From: Mobula hypostoma
Lineage: Eukaryota
Length of the DNA: 64,000 nucleotides
Direction of reading: 5' to 3'
Assembly: GCF_963921235.1 (NCBI RefSeq)
Contig: NC_086097.1
Span: 184,452,001-184,516,000 of the forward strand
Within the stretch, counting starts at the first letter, position 1. The number at the start of each line of letters is the position of its first letter. A program made the position numbers and the translations under genes. The notes under the pieces were generated by a model. That model was not told where the DNA came from, searched no databases, and saw nothing but the letters and a program-made list of their open reading frames with translations. Below are positions 33,836 to 47,520 of the stretch, piece by piece.

Positions 33836-35052
33836 TAGGTAAGCAGAAAGGGGGGGAGGGAAAGATGTGCTTGGTGGTGGGATCCCGTTGGAGGTGGCGG
33901 AAGTTACGGAGAATTATATGTTGGACTCGGAGGCTGGTAGGGTGGTAGGTTAGGACAAGGGGAACCCTATTCGTAGTGGGGTGGTGGGAGGATGGGGTGA
34001 GAGCAGATGTGCGTGAAATAGAAGAGATGTGTTTGAGAGCAGAGTTGATGGTGGAGGAAGGGAAGCCTCTTTCTTTTGAAAAAGGAAGACATCTCCTTCA
34101 TCCTGGAATGAAAAGCTTCATCCTGAGAGCAGATGCGGTGGAGACGGAGGAATTGCCACCTCCAAGTCGCTCCCTACGCAACTTCCTTGTCCATTCGTTC
34201 CCCCCATCCCGCCCCACTGATCTCTCTCGTAGCACTTATCCTTGTAAGCGGAACAAGGGCTACACATGCCCTTACACTTCCTCCCTCATCACCATTCAGG
34301 GCCCCAGACAGTCCTTCCAGGTGAGGCAACACTTCGCCTGTGAGTCGGCTGGTTTGATATACTGCGTCCGGTGCTCCCGATGTGGCCTTCTATATGTTGG
34401 CGAGACCCGATACAGGCTGGGAGACCATTTCGCTGAACATCTACGCTCTGTCCGCCAGAGAAAACAAGATCTCCCAGTGGCCACACATTTTAATTCCACG
34501 TCCCATTCCCATTCTGATATGTCTATCCACGGCCTCCTCTACTGTCAAGATGAAGCCACACTCAAAGTGGAGGAACCACACCTTATATCCCGTCTGGGTA
34601 GCCTCCAACCTGATGGCATGAACATTGACTTCTCTAACTTCCGTTAATGCCCCTCCTCCCCTTCACACCCCATCCCTTATTTATTTATTTTATATATTTT
34701 TTATTTTTCCCCTTTTTTTTCCTCTCTCTCCTTTTCTCCCTCTGTCCCTCTCACTATAACTCTTTGCCTGCTCTCCACCCTCTGGGCTCCCCTCCCCCCT
34801 TCTCTTTCTCCCCAGGCTTCCCATCCCATGATCCTCTTCCTGTTCTAGCTCTTGGATCCACCCCTCCCCTCCTGTCTTCTCCTATCATTTCAGATCTCCT
34901 CCTCCCCCTCCCACTTTCAAACCTCTGTTACTATCTCTTCTTTTAGTTAGTCCTGATTGTACTTCTTCCTATAGATGCTGCCTGGCCTCCTGCGTTCACC
35001 AGCATTTTTTGTGTATGTTGCTTGAATTTCCAGCATCTGCAGATTTCCTCGT
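33836..35052 (+). mobile_element. Neptune-type Penelope-like element, 5'-inverted; GIY-YIG domain and 3' UTR
   Basis: Plus strand 34160-34647 encodes YPCKRNK.YTC...LIYCVRCSRCGLLYVGETRYRLGDHFAEH...PVATHF...LQPDGMNIDF. Minus strand 33836-34156 encodes QFLRLHRICSQDEAF...VPLVLTYHP...HIFPSPPLSAY. Confidence 0.93.
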
Positions 35053-35339
35053 CCCTGCTTTTCCATTCCATTTGGTCTTCAACAATGGGATGAGTTCTGG
35101 TTATCTTGTAAATTGAAATATAGTAATTTAATCAAGCCTATGCAAAAATATGGATTTACTTAAATACCGGAACAGTCATTCCAAACTCATGTCATCCTTA
35201 AAGTCAGATGCTTGATACTCATCTTTTGTTAATTGATCTGTTATTTAGAGTTGATTTCAAGCATCGATTTTACATATTTTATCACTTATCAGACATCAAC
35301 TGTTAGACTGAGCTTTTTTCAATTTATTGGAACTGCACT

Positions 35340-36292
35340 CCATAAGACCATAAGACATAGGAGCAGAATTAGGCCATTCAGCCCATTGAGTCTGCTCCAC
35401 CATTCCACATGGCTGATTCCAGATCCCAGTCAACTCCATATACCTGCCTTCTTGTCATATCCTTCAATGCCCTGACTGATTGGGAAACTGTGAACTTCTG
35501 CCTTAAATATACCTATGGACTTGGCCTCCACTGCAGTCTATGGCAGAGCATTCCACAGATTCACTACTCTCTGACTAAAAAAGCTGCTCTAAAAAGCCAT
35601 CTTATAGGCATTCAACAAATTCCCTCTCTTATGATCCAACACCAACCTGATTTTCCCAATCGCCTTACATATTGAAGTCCCCCATTACAATTGTGATATT
35701 ACACTTATTACATGCCCTTTCCAGCTCCCTTTGCAGTCTCAGCCCCATATCTTGGCTACTATTGGAGGCCTATATGTGATTCCCATAATGGTTTTTCTAC
35801 CCTTGCAGTTTCTTATCTCCACCCACAAAGACTCAACATTCTCTGACCCTATGTCACCTCTTTCTAAAAATGTAATTCTATCTCTTACCAACGGAGCCAC
35901 AACCGCCGCCTATGCCTTACTGCCTGTTCTTTCAATAAATAGTATATCCTTTGATGTTAAGCTCCCAACTATGGCCTTCTTTCAGCTATGACTCAATGCT
36001 GACCAATCTCTAATTGTGCTACGAATTTGTCCTGCTTACTCTGAATGCTATGTGCATTTAAATACAACGCCTTCAATCCTGCATTCTTCACACTTTTGAA
36101 TTTTGCCTCTTTGGTACAATTTAACTCTTTGCCTGTCGGCATTTGTACTCAATCATTGGTTTGTCCTTACTTATAGTCATGTTACATCTATCATCTACTT
36201 GTAAACCTGCTGGTTCTTCCTCAGCTCTATCATACTGGTTCCCATCCCCCTGCTACATTACTCCCAACTGCTCTGGTAAACCTGCCCGCAAG
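35340..36292 (-). mobile_element. Internally deleted CR1 (ORF1 end/endonuclease joined to the 3' end)
   Basis: 3' end with (TCTTATGG)n tail at 35340-35580 abuts endonuclease sequence (MGDFNM*GDWENQV; LRNCKGRKT) at about 35590-36080. Confidence 0.85.
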
Positions 36293-39119
36293 CTATTCAT
36301 ATGAATAAGTCTATCCATATCGACACCACTTGAGCATTCGATATTTAATTTATGGCAATGAGGACAAACAGCTTCTTAACCTATTTCTATCTAGAATGCA
36401 GGTACGATAATGGTTAGTTATTTTATTGATTTCTGTATGCTATCCATGGTTCTATACAATTCCAGTTGATTTGATTCTTTTTTTAATTTTTTTGTGATGG
36501 TGGTCTGAAAGACTGCCTTTATTTGTTGCTGTTCTTTATCAGTGTTAATGGTCCACTGACATTGAGAAGAAACAGAGAGAGAAATGGAGACTTCAGGATT
36601 CATTGTGCTTACATTTTGTAGTCTCTCTGACTGACTTAGAATCTAGTATTTTCAGTACTATGTGATCTTTGCTTTTTGGTACTCTGGGAAGATTGCCAAA
36701 AATCATCCACTGATAAATACAATAGTCTTTTCAACAATTGTTTATTGCTGATTTCTTTCAAAGCTTAAAAAAATGGACAATGTACAACTGAGTAAATGCA
36801 TCTACAATGGTGAATATTTGAAGACATGGAAGCTCGGTATTCTTGAAAACATTCACAGCAGTAATGCAGAACCACTTTGCAAACAGACACATTTAAAAAT
36901 CATTTTACTTCTTCAATAATCTTTGATCTAAAACTGTTCTGAAAGAAAACCATTTCTTTGAAATTCTAATGTTAATATATTATATATTTTCTTTACTGGA
37001 AACAATATAGCATGACGATATTCCAAAGCAATATATTATTTTGAGAGAATATTCAGTAAATAGTTGGGTGCATTTTTTGTTCAAGGTAATTTTAATAAAA
37101 GTCTACTCCATGCTGTTGTGATGTCACTGCAGTTTAGATCCTCCTGGCACAGCAGCAATAATTATACCATCTGGTGTCTTCTCAGGACCTGGAATGACAG
37201 CTGAAACAGTGCCAAATATCAGTGTTAGTAGTCAATGATTTTAGAAATAAAGTGCTTTACCTTTGTAAAGCTTCTTGTTTCCAAGCTTTATAAATGCACA
37301 ATTAACCAAAGGATCTGGTAGTTGTTTAGCTCACATAAATGTCACAGATTAGAATTCTTGGTACATTCTTAACCTCCCTCTCATGTACTGTGCTTCTATA
37401 GTGAGTGAGTTTTATCAAGTATTTGCCGAACCCCTGCTGGATCTCACCTGCTCTGGGAGTAATTAATGCAAGTTTTAACTCCTTTATACCTGAGCATGTG
37501 AATGGAATGCTTTCTGTCACCCATCTGTGGAGTACAGTTTTGAATATGCTTAGAAATAAACTCCACTTCTTGCCTTCTGTATAGAATGCAAGGAAGATTT
37601 ACAAAAATACTGTTTTGAAAGGAATGTTTTGAGGACATGACAGTTTAAATCTCAGACATGATTCGACTATATGCTTCTTTTTAAATCTCTGGTTCTATGT
37701 CCCTTCCTAATGCCGTCGTTATTATTAATTTCAACAACTACCACATTCCCAGTTAAAACTATGATCAGTTTGATATTAATTACAGTATGAGGTCTTTTTA
37801 CTTTCTATAATATTCTCAAAATTAAATAATAATATTGTTATTTTTCTGGTCAATGAAAGAATCTCTCCCTCCTCTTCCAGCAACACAAACCCAAGCCTCA
37901 ATTTTCTTTTACAACTTATCTTAAGTATTGTCTGAGTGCATCTTCCCACTTCCTTTATATCCTTCCTCTAAATCTAAAGGAATCATTTCTTATGGCCAAA
38001 ATTATAAAATTACTTCACAGATTGCAATGAAATTTGCTCTTTATTTTTAACGCTCTGTGCCTGCGCTTTACAAACTCAAGTATTCAGCGCAGATTTTGCA
38101 AACTGTTCTTCCTACTTGTGCTGTCCGCTTCTTGTTTTTGTGCAGTTTCATCCATCATCCATTCAAAATCCATCTTTCCACGTGCCTTTCTTCTATGATA
38201 AAAAAGCACTTACCATGTCACCTAAGTAGTGTGTTTTTTACTTAGTTAGCCTCTGGAGGAATTTTGTTAGTCCAGAGCAACATCTTCCACAAATACTGAT
38301 ATTATTCTCTTAACTTTTAAAACTACACATATATACCACAGCGTTAAACATTGGGAACATCACTTATCATATCTCACAGTTCAACAGCACCATATTTGCT
38401 TTCTGACATCCACTCATCCCTCTATCTATATAAGTATATTTTCCTTGAGTAAGTATACTGACATCTGCACCAAATATTATTAAAAACATTTGTTTTAGGA
38501 ATCCAATTTAAGTGGCTCTAATTAATTTCTACACATTAATCACATTCACCAAGCTTCGGAATATTAAGCTTTTTGTGTAATCTCATTGACATTTTATCAG
38601 CAGATCTGAGATGGACAGATTTTTTTTGTGCAATGGCCATTATGCATCATATACTAAAAGGTCACCACCTTGGTATTTCCTTTCATTTTATCTCATTCAA
38701 TGTCAGATGAATAAACCTTAGCTTCAGAATTTGTGGATGATCAGAATGAAGGTATAACGTGATGCATCTTTTATGATACCTGCAGGAAAATGATTTACTA
38801 TACCTACAGCAATACCTCTGGGTCACTGTATGGGAGGCTATTCAGGCAGTGGGATAGCAGGAGACAGCTTTGTGCTCCAAAATTCCAGACACTGATCAAA
38901 AGAATGTAGTTTCCCAAAGTGCAATGCAGTGCTGATACCTGCTTCTATAGAGAAGCTCCAAGTAATACTGTCGAAGCAAGTGCAAAAAGAGGATTGACCA
39001 TCAACTGCAAGAAGACTGAATGTATGGTTGTCACAAACAATAAACTTAAACTGAAAGTGGGCAGCGAAACAATTAAACAAACATGGAAGTTCGATTACTT
39101 AAGGTTCACGATAACATCT

Positions 39120-39634
39120 CGTCCTGGCTATCCTTTGAGGTCAAGGATGATAGTCTTCGTTCTGTTGGTCTATTTATGGGCTCTCAAGTGGCTTATGAAT
39201 CTAATCTTGGCTTTGAAAGTTATTCTGCATTCAGGACAGGTAGTTCCAGATGGCAGATCGGGCTTTGGTTGTTGCTGCCTCGCTTTTCATTTTCTTCTTT
39301 TTTTTTCTAATTCTGCACATCTGTTAGCTTCGAAAGTTGCTGTACCTTCTCGGATGATGGCTTGCCAGAGTTTCCTCTCCTTGGCATTGGTTTCCCAACT
39401 GTTGATGTCGATGTTACATTTCTTCATGTTGGCTTTTAAAACATCTTTGAATCTTTTCTGTTGTCCGCCTCTTTTACGCTTGCCTTCTTTAAGCTGGGAG
39501 TAGAAGATTGGTTTCGGCAGATGTTCGTCTTTCATCCGAGCAAGATGACCACTCCATCTTAGTTGGTTTTTGATGAAGTAGACTTCAATGCTTGTTGTTT
39601 TTGCTTCATTTAGCACACTGACGTTGGTTCTTCT
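39120..39634 (-). mobile_element. Second RTE-clade LINE 3' end with a C-terminal C2H2 finger
   Basis: QLRWSGHLARMKDEHLPKPIFYSQL..GKRKRGGQQKRFKD...CPECRITFKAKIRFISHLRAH. ATCT duplicated at 39116-39119 and 39635-39638. Confidence 0.92.
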
Positions 39635-39665
39635 ATCTGACGGTAGGGCTGATGTTGAAATTAGA

Positions 39666-40338
39666 TTATGAGAACACTCAGTCCTCTTTTATTGTCATTT
39701 AGAAATGCATACATGTATTGAGAAATGATACAATGTTTCTCTGGAGTGATGTCACTGAAAGCAGCACAAACCAAAGACTAACACTGACAGAACCACATAA
39801 TTATAACATATAATTACAGCAGTGCAAAGCAATACCATAATTTGATGAAGAACAAACCATGGGCATGGTAAAAATAAAGTCTCAAAAGTCCCCGAGTCGA
39901 TCAACTCCCGAGTCCCCGATAGCAGGCGGCAAAAGGGAGAAACTCCCCGCCATAAACCTCCAGGCACCGTCAACTTGCCGATGCCTTGGAAGCAGCCGAC
40001 ACTCAGTCCATTCGTCTGAAAACTTCGAGCCTCCGACCAGCCCCTCCGATACAGCCTCCCGAGCGCCATCCTCTGCCGAGCGCCTTCAACCTCACCCCAA
40101 CCGCTGAAACAAGCAAAGACGAGAATTTCTGGGCCTTCTGCTTCGGAGATTCCGGTTACCACACAGTAGCAGCGGCAGTGAAGCAGGCATTTCAGAAGTT
40201 TTCCAGATGTTCCTCCGTGCTCTCACGTCTGTCTCCATCAAATCAGAATTGTGCACGGTCCCCTACTTGACAGATAACAGACATCACCACCGAAGTGGCA
40301 GCGCGCACTGCCGTCGCACCGCCATCTTCTCCTCCTCT
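39666..40338 (-). mobile_element. AAGATGGCGG-family retroposon (copy 3, full length, 8-bp TSD)
   Basis: Minus strand starts GAGGAGGAGAAGATGGCGGTGCG. TSD AAATTAGA at 39658-39665 and 40339-40346. Confidence 0.9.
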
Positions 40339-41274
40339 AAATTAGAAGAAGGATTGGGATTGCTAAATGCACAATTGAGCGTTTGAGCAAGATACTAAAG
40401 AATAATAGATTTTCTATGGGTATGAAACTCAGAGCGTTACAGTGCTATGTTCATTCCACACTAATTTATGGAAGCAAATGCTGGACAATATCAAAGCAAA
40501 ATGAGGAATGTTGGACGATATCAAAGCTGCAGAAATGTGTTTATTGAGAAGAATAATGAAAATATCGCGGAAGGACAGAGTAACAAATGAGGAAGGGTTG
40601 CAAAAAACCAGAATAAGAAGAAAGCTGATATCATCAATCAGGAAACGGCAGCTGAAATTTCTGGGCCTGGATTGAGGAAAGAGAAGCTGAAATATCTTGC
40701 AGTGATGGGAAAAACTGACGGAAGAAAAAGTCGTGGTCAACAGCGCACAATATTCATGCATTACATCAAGGGGATGGGAAGCAAAAATTTTGAAGAACGT
40801 ATTAGAACTTCTCAAATTAAAGACATGGAAGACTATGATCGCCCACGTTATACAACAAGGTATATAATGATGATGATGGTGTCCATGTTGGAGTTGTCTG
40901 TGTACATATGGCACTTCATGACACTATGAAGTTAGCTTTCTTCTGCACAAGAAAATCAGGCATTGGAAGGATTTTGATTTTCTTTATCTATCTGGAACGT
41001 ACATATTGTGAATGTGAAATTCCATTGAATTGTTGCATTGTTCAATTATTGTCCCACTTCATGTAAATTTTGACCCACTAGTTCTTGGAAATAAGTTAAA
41101 CAGTAACTTTTTGTAAATATGTTTATAATGCTTGCCGTCTTATAAACATATTGATCCAGGAACAAATTCTAAATATACAGTATTCCAAAACAATCCTTTT
41201 AGTAACTTCACTTTAAAATTTAAGATCTGTTTTTTAATATACCTGAGGTGTTTTAAAACTTCAGAGGAAGTCAT

Positions 41275-41815
41275 TCCAAATGAAGTGTCTCTATCATAAA
41301 TGCTGATAGTTCATTTTACTCCATAGATGCTGCCTGGCCTGTTGAGTTCCTCCAGTAATTTGTTTTTTGCTCCAGTTTCCAGCAGTTTAGTCTCTTGTGT
41401 GCCTGTCTTAAAGATTTCCTTTTCTACTTCATTTCCATTAGATGGCCTGTAATTAATGCCAAAACAGTGCAACATAAATGCATGAGATTCTGCAGATGCT
41501 GAAAATCTGGAACACATAAAAAATGCTGGAGGACCTCAGTGGGTCAGGCAACATCTATGGAGAGGAACAAACAACTGATGCTTTGGGCTGAGACCCTTCA
41601 ATCAGGACTAGAAAGGAAGGGGGAAGAAGCCAGATTAGAAAGCTGGGGAAGGGGAAGAAGTATGAGCTGATAGCTGATAGGTGAAAGCAGGTGAGGGGGA
41701 AGATGAGTGGGTGGGGGGAGGGATGAAATAATCCACCTACCCTTTGCTGCTTTTTACTTCTCAACCTGCTCCACTGCCTAACCATCTTCCCCATCACCTG
41801 ATCTCACCTATCTCC
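41275..41815. mobile_element. Two oppositely oriented PLE 3'-end fragments
   Basis: Plus strand 41275-41400 ATAGATGCTGCCTGGCCTGTTGAGTTCCTCCAG. Minus strand 41475-41815 carries a decayed hammerhead (GTCCTGATTGAAGGGTCTCAGCCCAAAGC) and a pyrimidine-rich UTR. Confidence 0.75.
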
Positions 41816-41849
41816 TTGAAATAAAATAAGAATTTAAAAATATCTTAGC

Positions 41850-42050
41850 CATAGAACTGCCAATCATCAAAATACCTATCTGGATTTCAAATGTTCTTCC
41901 GGGGAAGAAATGTACCATGCCTACCCAATCTGGCCTGTCTATGACTCCGGGTCCACCAATGTACTTAACTTCTGATTACCACCTCAGTTCATGGAATTAG
42001 GAATGAACACTGACATTGGCCCCAATGTCCACATCCTGTGAATGAATAAA
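41850..42050 (+). mobile_element. Old SINE/LINE 3' tail ending CCACATCCTGTGAATGAATAAA
   Basis: A more decayed similar segment lies at about 5680-5850. Family not assigned. Confidence 0.5.
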
Positions 42051-42599
42051 GTACAAGAGATTTTACTATCTATGCATTGCAGATTGTATATTATTCATGG
42101 CAGTATGCGTAACATTGTTCTCATGAGAGTACTTATGATAGAATTCTTTACTAATGCTGTCACACTCAAGTTTTATTCAACTTTAATTGAAAATTTTATT
42201 ACCAAAACTATTGCTTTTAGACTTGCCTAAAACTGAGTTAACATTATATCTACTAGATCTTATTGTAAGTTAACAGACCTTAATTTCATTAATATAAGAG
42301 TGGGTGGCTGATGGTTGGCATAAATTTGATGGGCTGAAGGGAATGCTCTGTGTTACACCCCCTATGAATCTTTGACTCTAAATTATTTCACTAGTTGCTG
42401 AATATATCATATTTATTTTACTGAAAATAATATCTCAATTAAATTTCAAACAAATAATAAAATCCTATGTGATGATCTTGAAGACCAAATAAATAAAACA
42501 AAATGTGGATTTGGTGCTTATTTTAAAATTAAATGTTAAATAAGTGGAGATTTCAAAGGTGCAGAACAACAAATAGTACTCTAGCTGTAGATTGTTACA

Positions 42600-44758
42600 G
42601 TTCTGGCATGATCTTCTTGCTTTTATGTTGTGTTTTGGCCAATCAAACACGAGTCACATTTGCCTTCTTAACCATATAATTCATCTGTTCTGTTAACTTG
42701 CATCAAAACTTAGGGCTTTGGGGTTTTGATTGACTTTTACTTGTCAGGACTTTTTTTTGTTTTTCTGATTTCCTTTTTAAATTTCTGTCTGCATCTATAT
42801 TCCTCTGGTGTCTGGTTTGTTCACTTTTTGGTATTTATCCTCAAATCCCCTTGTTTGCCTTCCTTTAGTCTGTATGTTCTTCAACATCCATGAAGCTACA
42901 CATTTGGGAATTCTCCTATTTTAATTGGAAGATTATATTGGACCACCACTGCAAAACTTGTCTCCATTGTTCCTTTCCATTGCTTTGTATCCTGTCTGTT
43001 ATTTCGTTTCTCTTGATTTGTTTGCTGTTCCCAGATCATTACCTCATTTTTCTTCCGATTGAGTACACTTACCACATTTGTGGCCATTTAACCAGTCCAT
43101 TGAAATCTTCCTGCTGCTGAAAACCCTTTACCTTATCATTAAACAAATGACTTTTTCCATCCTTAGCAAATTTCTGAATTATTGCCCATTCATTTAAGTT
43201 CAATACTCTCATACCTATCACAACAAGTAAAGGAAACTACTGCACACAGCCCTCCAGTCACTAAAATCCTGTTGACTGTTGTCCCTTGCTTTTTTCTACT
43301 GCGCAAATTTTAATGCAGTCTCCTACATTAGAAGAAAGAAGGCAGGAGAATGGGGCTGAGAAGAAAAATGGACCAGCCATGATAAATGGCAGAGCTGACT
43401 TGACGGGCCAAATGCCTAATTCTGCTTTTATATCTTATGGTTAATGGCCTTATGGTCTAATGCTTTCTGTTCAATCCAGTGGGCTATTACTAGCCACATC
43501 TATCTGCTATGCAGATGCTGCTACTATGCAGAACATTATCAAAAGCCTTAAAATAATTCATGCTTTATCCTCATTGATACTTGTTATTACATCTTCAAAA
43601 TATATAATCAAGTCAGTCAGACTTTTCCTTCCCTGAAATAAATCCATGCAGACTGTTCTTGATTAAATTGTTTATCTCTCTAAATCCTACTTCATGCTTT
43701 CCTCAGAATTATTACCAGTAATTTACCCACAACAGGTTTTAGGCCAACTGCCAACTAGCTGGTTTATCTATTTCTCCTTTCTTAAAAAAGAGAATGGCTT
43801 CACATTAGCTAACTTCCATTCCTCTGGCACCATGTCTGTGCTCCAATATAGAGCCTTTGTTGCTTCCCCATTTGTTTCCTTTAAAAAACTGATATCGTTT
43901 TACTTGAACCTCATAATGAATCTACTTTATAGATGCTAATATTTACTTTCTTTGCTATTTTCAATGCTTCACACACTTCCTCCTTAACCTCAAAGTCTCT
44001 ATTATTCCAATTCTTTATTGACAACTAAAGTCAGAAGCATCAATACTACAGTGGAGTAAAGGGCATTACAGAGGCAGGAAGGAGGAGTTGGCCAAAATTG
44101 ATTGGAAAGGAACACTAGCGGGGTGACAGCGGAGCAGCAAAGACTGGAATTTCTGGGAGCAATTCAGAGGGCGCAGGAAGAAGTATTCTAAAGGTAGGGT
44201 GACACAACCATGGCTGACAAGAAGAGTCAAAGCTAATGTAAAAGCTAAAGAGATGGCATATAATCGAGTGAAAATTTGTGGAAAATTAGAATATTGGGAA
44301 GCTTTTAAAAACCAATAGAAGGCAACAAAAAAAGCCATAAGGAAGGATAAAATAGAATATGAAGTAAGCTAACCAATAACATTAAAGAGTATACCAAAAG
44401 TTTCTTCAATACATAAAGTGTAAAAGAGTTAAGTCCAAGAGTGTCAGCGGGCAGAAGTGTGTCAAGTTGCCATTACTAGGAAGAAAGTTCTTGGGAAGCA
44501 GGAAGGTCTGAAGGTGGATAAGTCACTTGGACCAGAATGTATACTCTTCAGTGTTCTGAAAGAGGTAGCGGAAGAGATTGTGGGGCAATAGTAATGGTCT
44601 TTCAAGAATCAATTGATTCTGGCATGGTTTTGGAGGACTGAAAAATTGCAAATGTCACTCCACTCTTCAAGAAGGGAGAGAGGCAGAGAAGGGAAATTAT
44701 AAGCCATTTGGTCTAGTGTCAGTGGTTAGGAAGATGTTGAAATCTATTGTTAAGGATC
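42600..44758. mobile_element. Cluster of CR1 fragments: old minus-strand RT pieces, a plus-strand 3' end at 43325-43460, and a plus-strand ORF2 fragment at 44030-44758
   Basis: Plus strand QPWLTRRVKANVKAKE...ED*KIANVTPLFKKG. Minus strand PEEWKLANVKPFS. Confidence 0.75.
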
Positions 44759-44760
44759 TT

Positions 44761-44793
<33 letters not shown>

Positions 44794-44920
44794 TTCTCTC
44801 TCCTCTCTCTCTCCCTCTCTCTCTTTCCTCTCTCTCTCCACTCTCTCCTCTCTCTCCTTTCTCTCCTCTCTCTCATCCCTCTCTCTCCTCTCTCTCTTTC
44901 TCCCTCTCTCTCTTTCTTTT
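44759..44920. repeat. Imperfect (CT)n microsatellite
   Basis: About 160 bp of TC repeats with interruptions. Confidence 0.95.
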
Positions 44921-47149
44921 TATTTTCCTTTTGATTGTGAGGGAGAGTTTGCTATTGATTATTGAGTCAGAGAACTTGGAATAAGAGCGACTCAGCAGAC
45001 TGTAACATCGTAATCAGCAAGTTATTTTGCTTTGTTGCTCTCCCCTGTCACCACGGAAAAGGAGCAACACCTCTCTGTCCCTTGTTAAGGCGAGAAAGAT
45101 TCTGTTGGGTGAACAATTAGGTTTTATTCAATTGCAGATTATGGTCTCTCTTTGGGTGTTTTGCTGGTGCTTACTTGGTGGGTGGTGGGTGCTGATTCTT
45201 CCTCCTGAAATAAGTGAGGAAGTAGTGAGGGTAGATGCTTTGCTGCTGCTTGTCTGTGGGGAGGGGAGAAAGGGGGCTTTGGGTTCTAACATTTTACTGT
45301 CATTCATTCTTTCCCCCACTACAGGAAACATCCTCTCCACATCCACTATATAGAGGCCTTTCAACATTAAATGGAACTACTGAACTATTAAATCATTTAG
45401 CCACTTTGTCCTGCTTTCTCCTCCAAATTATAGTCCTTTTTTGTTTGTAAATACAACAAAGGAAAAAAATTCCTTTTGATTTTGTTAAACATTTTGTTCA
45501 TTGTTATACATGCACTATTATCTGCATCCAATCAAGAATGTAAGCAAATGAACATGGCCTTCATCAGTGCTGTTTTGTACGTTAGCTTACAGGAGGTGTG
45601 CTTCAGCAGAGCAAGACAGGTGAAGTGTTCCCTAGTGAGGGTACCAGATGTAGTCATAGCTCAGAACTGATTAAGTTCATTACATGTACCAGTGGACAGA
45701 CTTGAGTACTTCAGTCCACTGGGAAGTGAACAGTCAGCCACAAAGTTGCACAATGATTTGTTTTCATAGATATAATTTTGAATTTTAATACATTACAGCA
45801 TGTAACACTGGTAAGTGGGCCTGAAAATTTCAATTTTATAACTTGCTTGGGGCACGTTTCTTTGCACCTTTGGCAAGCAAACAATGTCCTACGAATCCAT
45901 TTTCCATAGTGTAGTAATGTCAGTGTTCAAAGCGCCAGCTTAATTAACTCTTCTTATTTTCTTGCTGTAAATGATTCTCTGTGACTTGTTGCAGTTTTTT
46001 AATAGTCTTTCCCGATAAGATAATAAACTACAAACGTGTATATATTTACTGTATTTTCTAGAATAGCCACAGCTGCTTCAGTTAAAGCTAACTAAAATTA
46101 ATGATAAAAGAGTGCAAATGATGTATCTATATTTTTCCAAAAATCTTTCCTCAGCTTTACAATAGATCATGAAGACTCTTGTGGAAATTCACCCCTTTAT
46201 TCATTCTGGCTAAAGTTCAAATACTAGATACAGCAGTGGATAAAACCCATCATAATTTCCCCATCTGTTTTTATTCTTACTGTGATGGTTGTAAAGGATG
46301 ATAGCTTTGATTATACTGATAGATTGCAGAAAATGGATTAAATTAATGAAGCTGTTATCAGAAGAAATAAAACAGAGGAATATAACCACTAACCTAATCA
46401 TGAAATTTGCAATTATTTTATCACTGAGAAATTAGGTTTTAACATACGTAAACTTAGTCAAGGCACCCTATAGCCTCTCCCTAACAGGCTTTCTTTCAGA
46501 AGTGCAATGGAATTTCATGTGTAAGTTATGCATTTTGAGGTAAGTTGACCAGAAATGTTGCTACATTTATTGACTAGAGAAAAGTACTGCATGATTAGTT
46601 AACAAAGAACATACAATCATGTTTGAAATCCTTGAATTATTAACAGGAAGGTCTGAGGTCATGCACTTCCAAAATACACAAAATTGAAGGTTTAAAATAA
46701 ATACATGAAACTACATAAACTGTTCCATCTTATACTGCTAAAAGTCATCTAAGGATAAAGCACAGGCAAGTCCTGAAACCAGGTTTGAAATCATGAAGGA
46801 AAACTATTTGTCATTCAGAGCACACTGTGCTGGAGAAAGATGTTATTTTCATTTAAAAAGGTGAAGCAATTTGGGCTCAGGTGGGTCAAGTTAATTGGCT
46901 CAAATCAATATCTAGCACCTATGTTGTCTTCCAGCTCAAGGCTATCTGAAGATTAGATACTGGTTATGAATTACAAGGACAAATGAATGAACACTGAACT
47001 GAACAAGACCAGGTTTCACAGGAGAAAATGTACATTATGAGGGTCTTTCCCAACTGTGCCAATAGACGGCTGAAATTTTTCTTTCAGTATTCACACCTTG
47101 CTTGACAAACTGCAAGTGTAGAAAGAGAAACAATGTGGAAAATAGCCTT

Positions 47150-47520
47150 TGGCTTACTGAATGTCCACCGACCATCAACCAGCCAGTTTTACACAAATCC
47201 CACCCTGACCCATGCTATCCCCACATAGCCCATCAACCAGCCAGTTTTACACAAATCCCACGCTGACCCATGGTATCCCCACATAGCCCATCAACCTTCC
47301 CCAGATTCTATGCTCACCTACTCGCTAGGGGTAAGTTATATGGTCAATTAACTTATCAACCTGCATATTTTGAGATGAAGGAGAAAACTGATACGTCCAG
47401 AGGAAATACGTACGGTTGTGGAAAGAACATGCAAAGTGTACGTAGACAGAGTCACAGCTCAGGATCTAATCCAGGTCACTGGACCTGCAAGGCAGCAGTT
47501 CTCCCAGCTCTACTACTATA
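47150..47520 (-). mobile_element. Degenerate V-type SINE containing a 58-bp tandem duplication
   Basis: Unit CCATCAACCAGCCAGTTTTACACAAATCCCA...CATAGC starts at 47172 and 47230 (2 mismatches), with a partial third copy at 47288. Confidence 0.7.

Larger units (their letters stand above)
38965..40877 (+). mobile_element. RTE-clade LINE 3' part, split by two later insertions
   Basis: GLTINCKKTECMVV...FDYLRFTITS (to 39119) | DGRADVEI (39639-39665) | RRRIGIAK...AAEMCLLRRIMKISRKDRVTNEE...IRKRQLKFLG...GRKSRGQQR; ends in a (TGA)n tail. Confidence 0.9.

Noticed and set aside
33976..34647. 223-aa ORF as a novel nuclease gene
   Set aside because: Its N-terminus is the antisense strand of the inverted PLE segment; an artefact of the inversion.
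44716..44965. Ser/Leu-rich ORFs
   Set aside because: Translation of a (CT)n microsatellite.
47172..47296. Direct repeats resembling a CRISPR-like array
   Set aside because: Simple 58-bp tandem duplication with no spacers, in eukaryotic SINE sequence.
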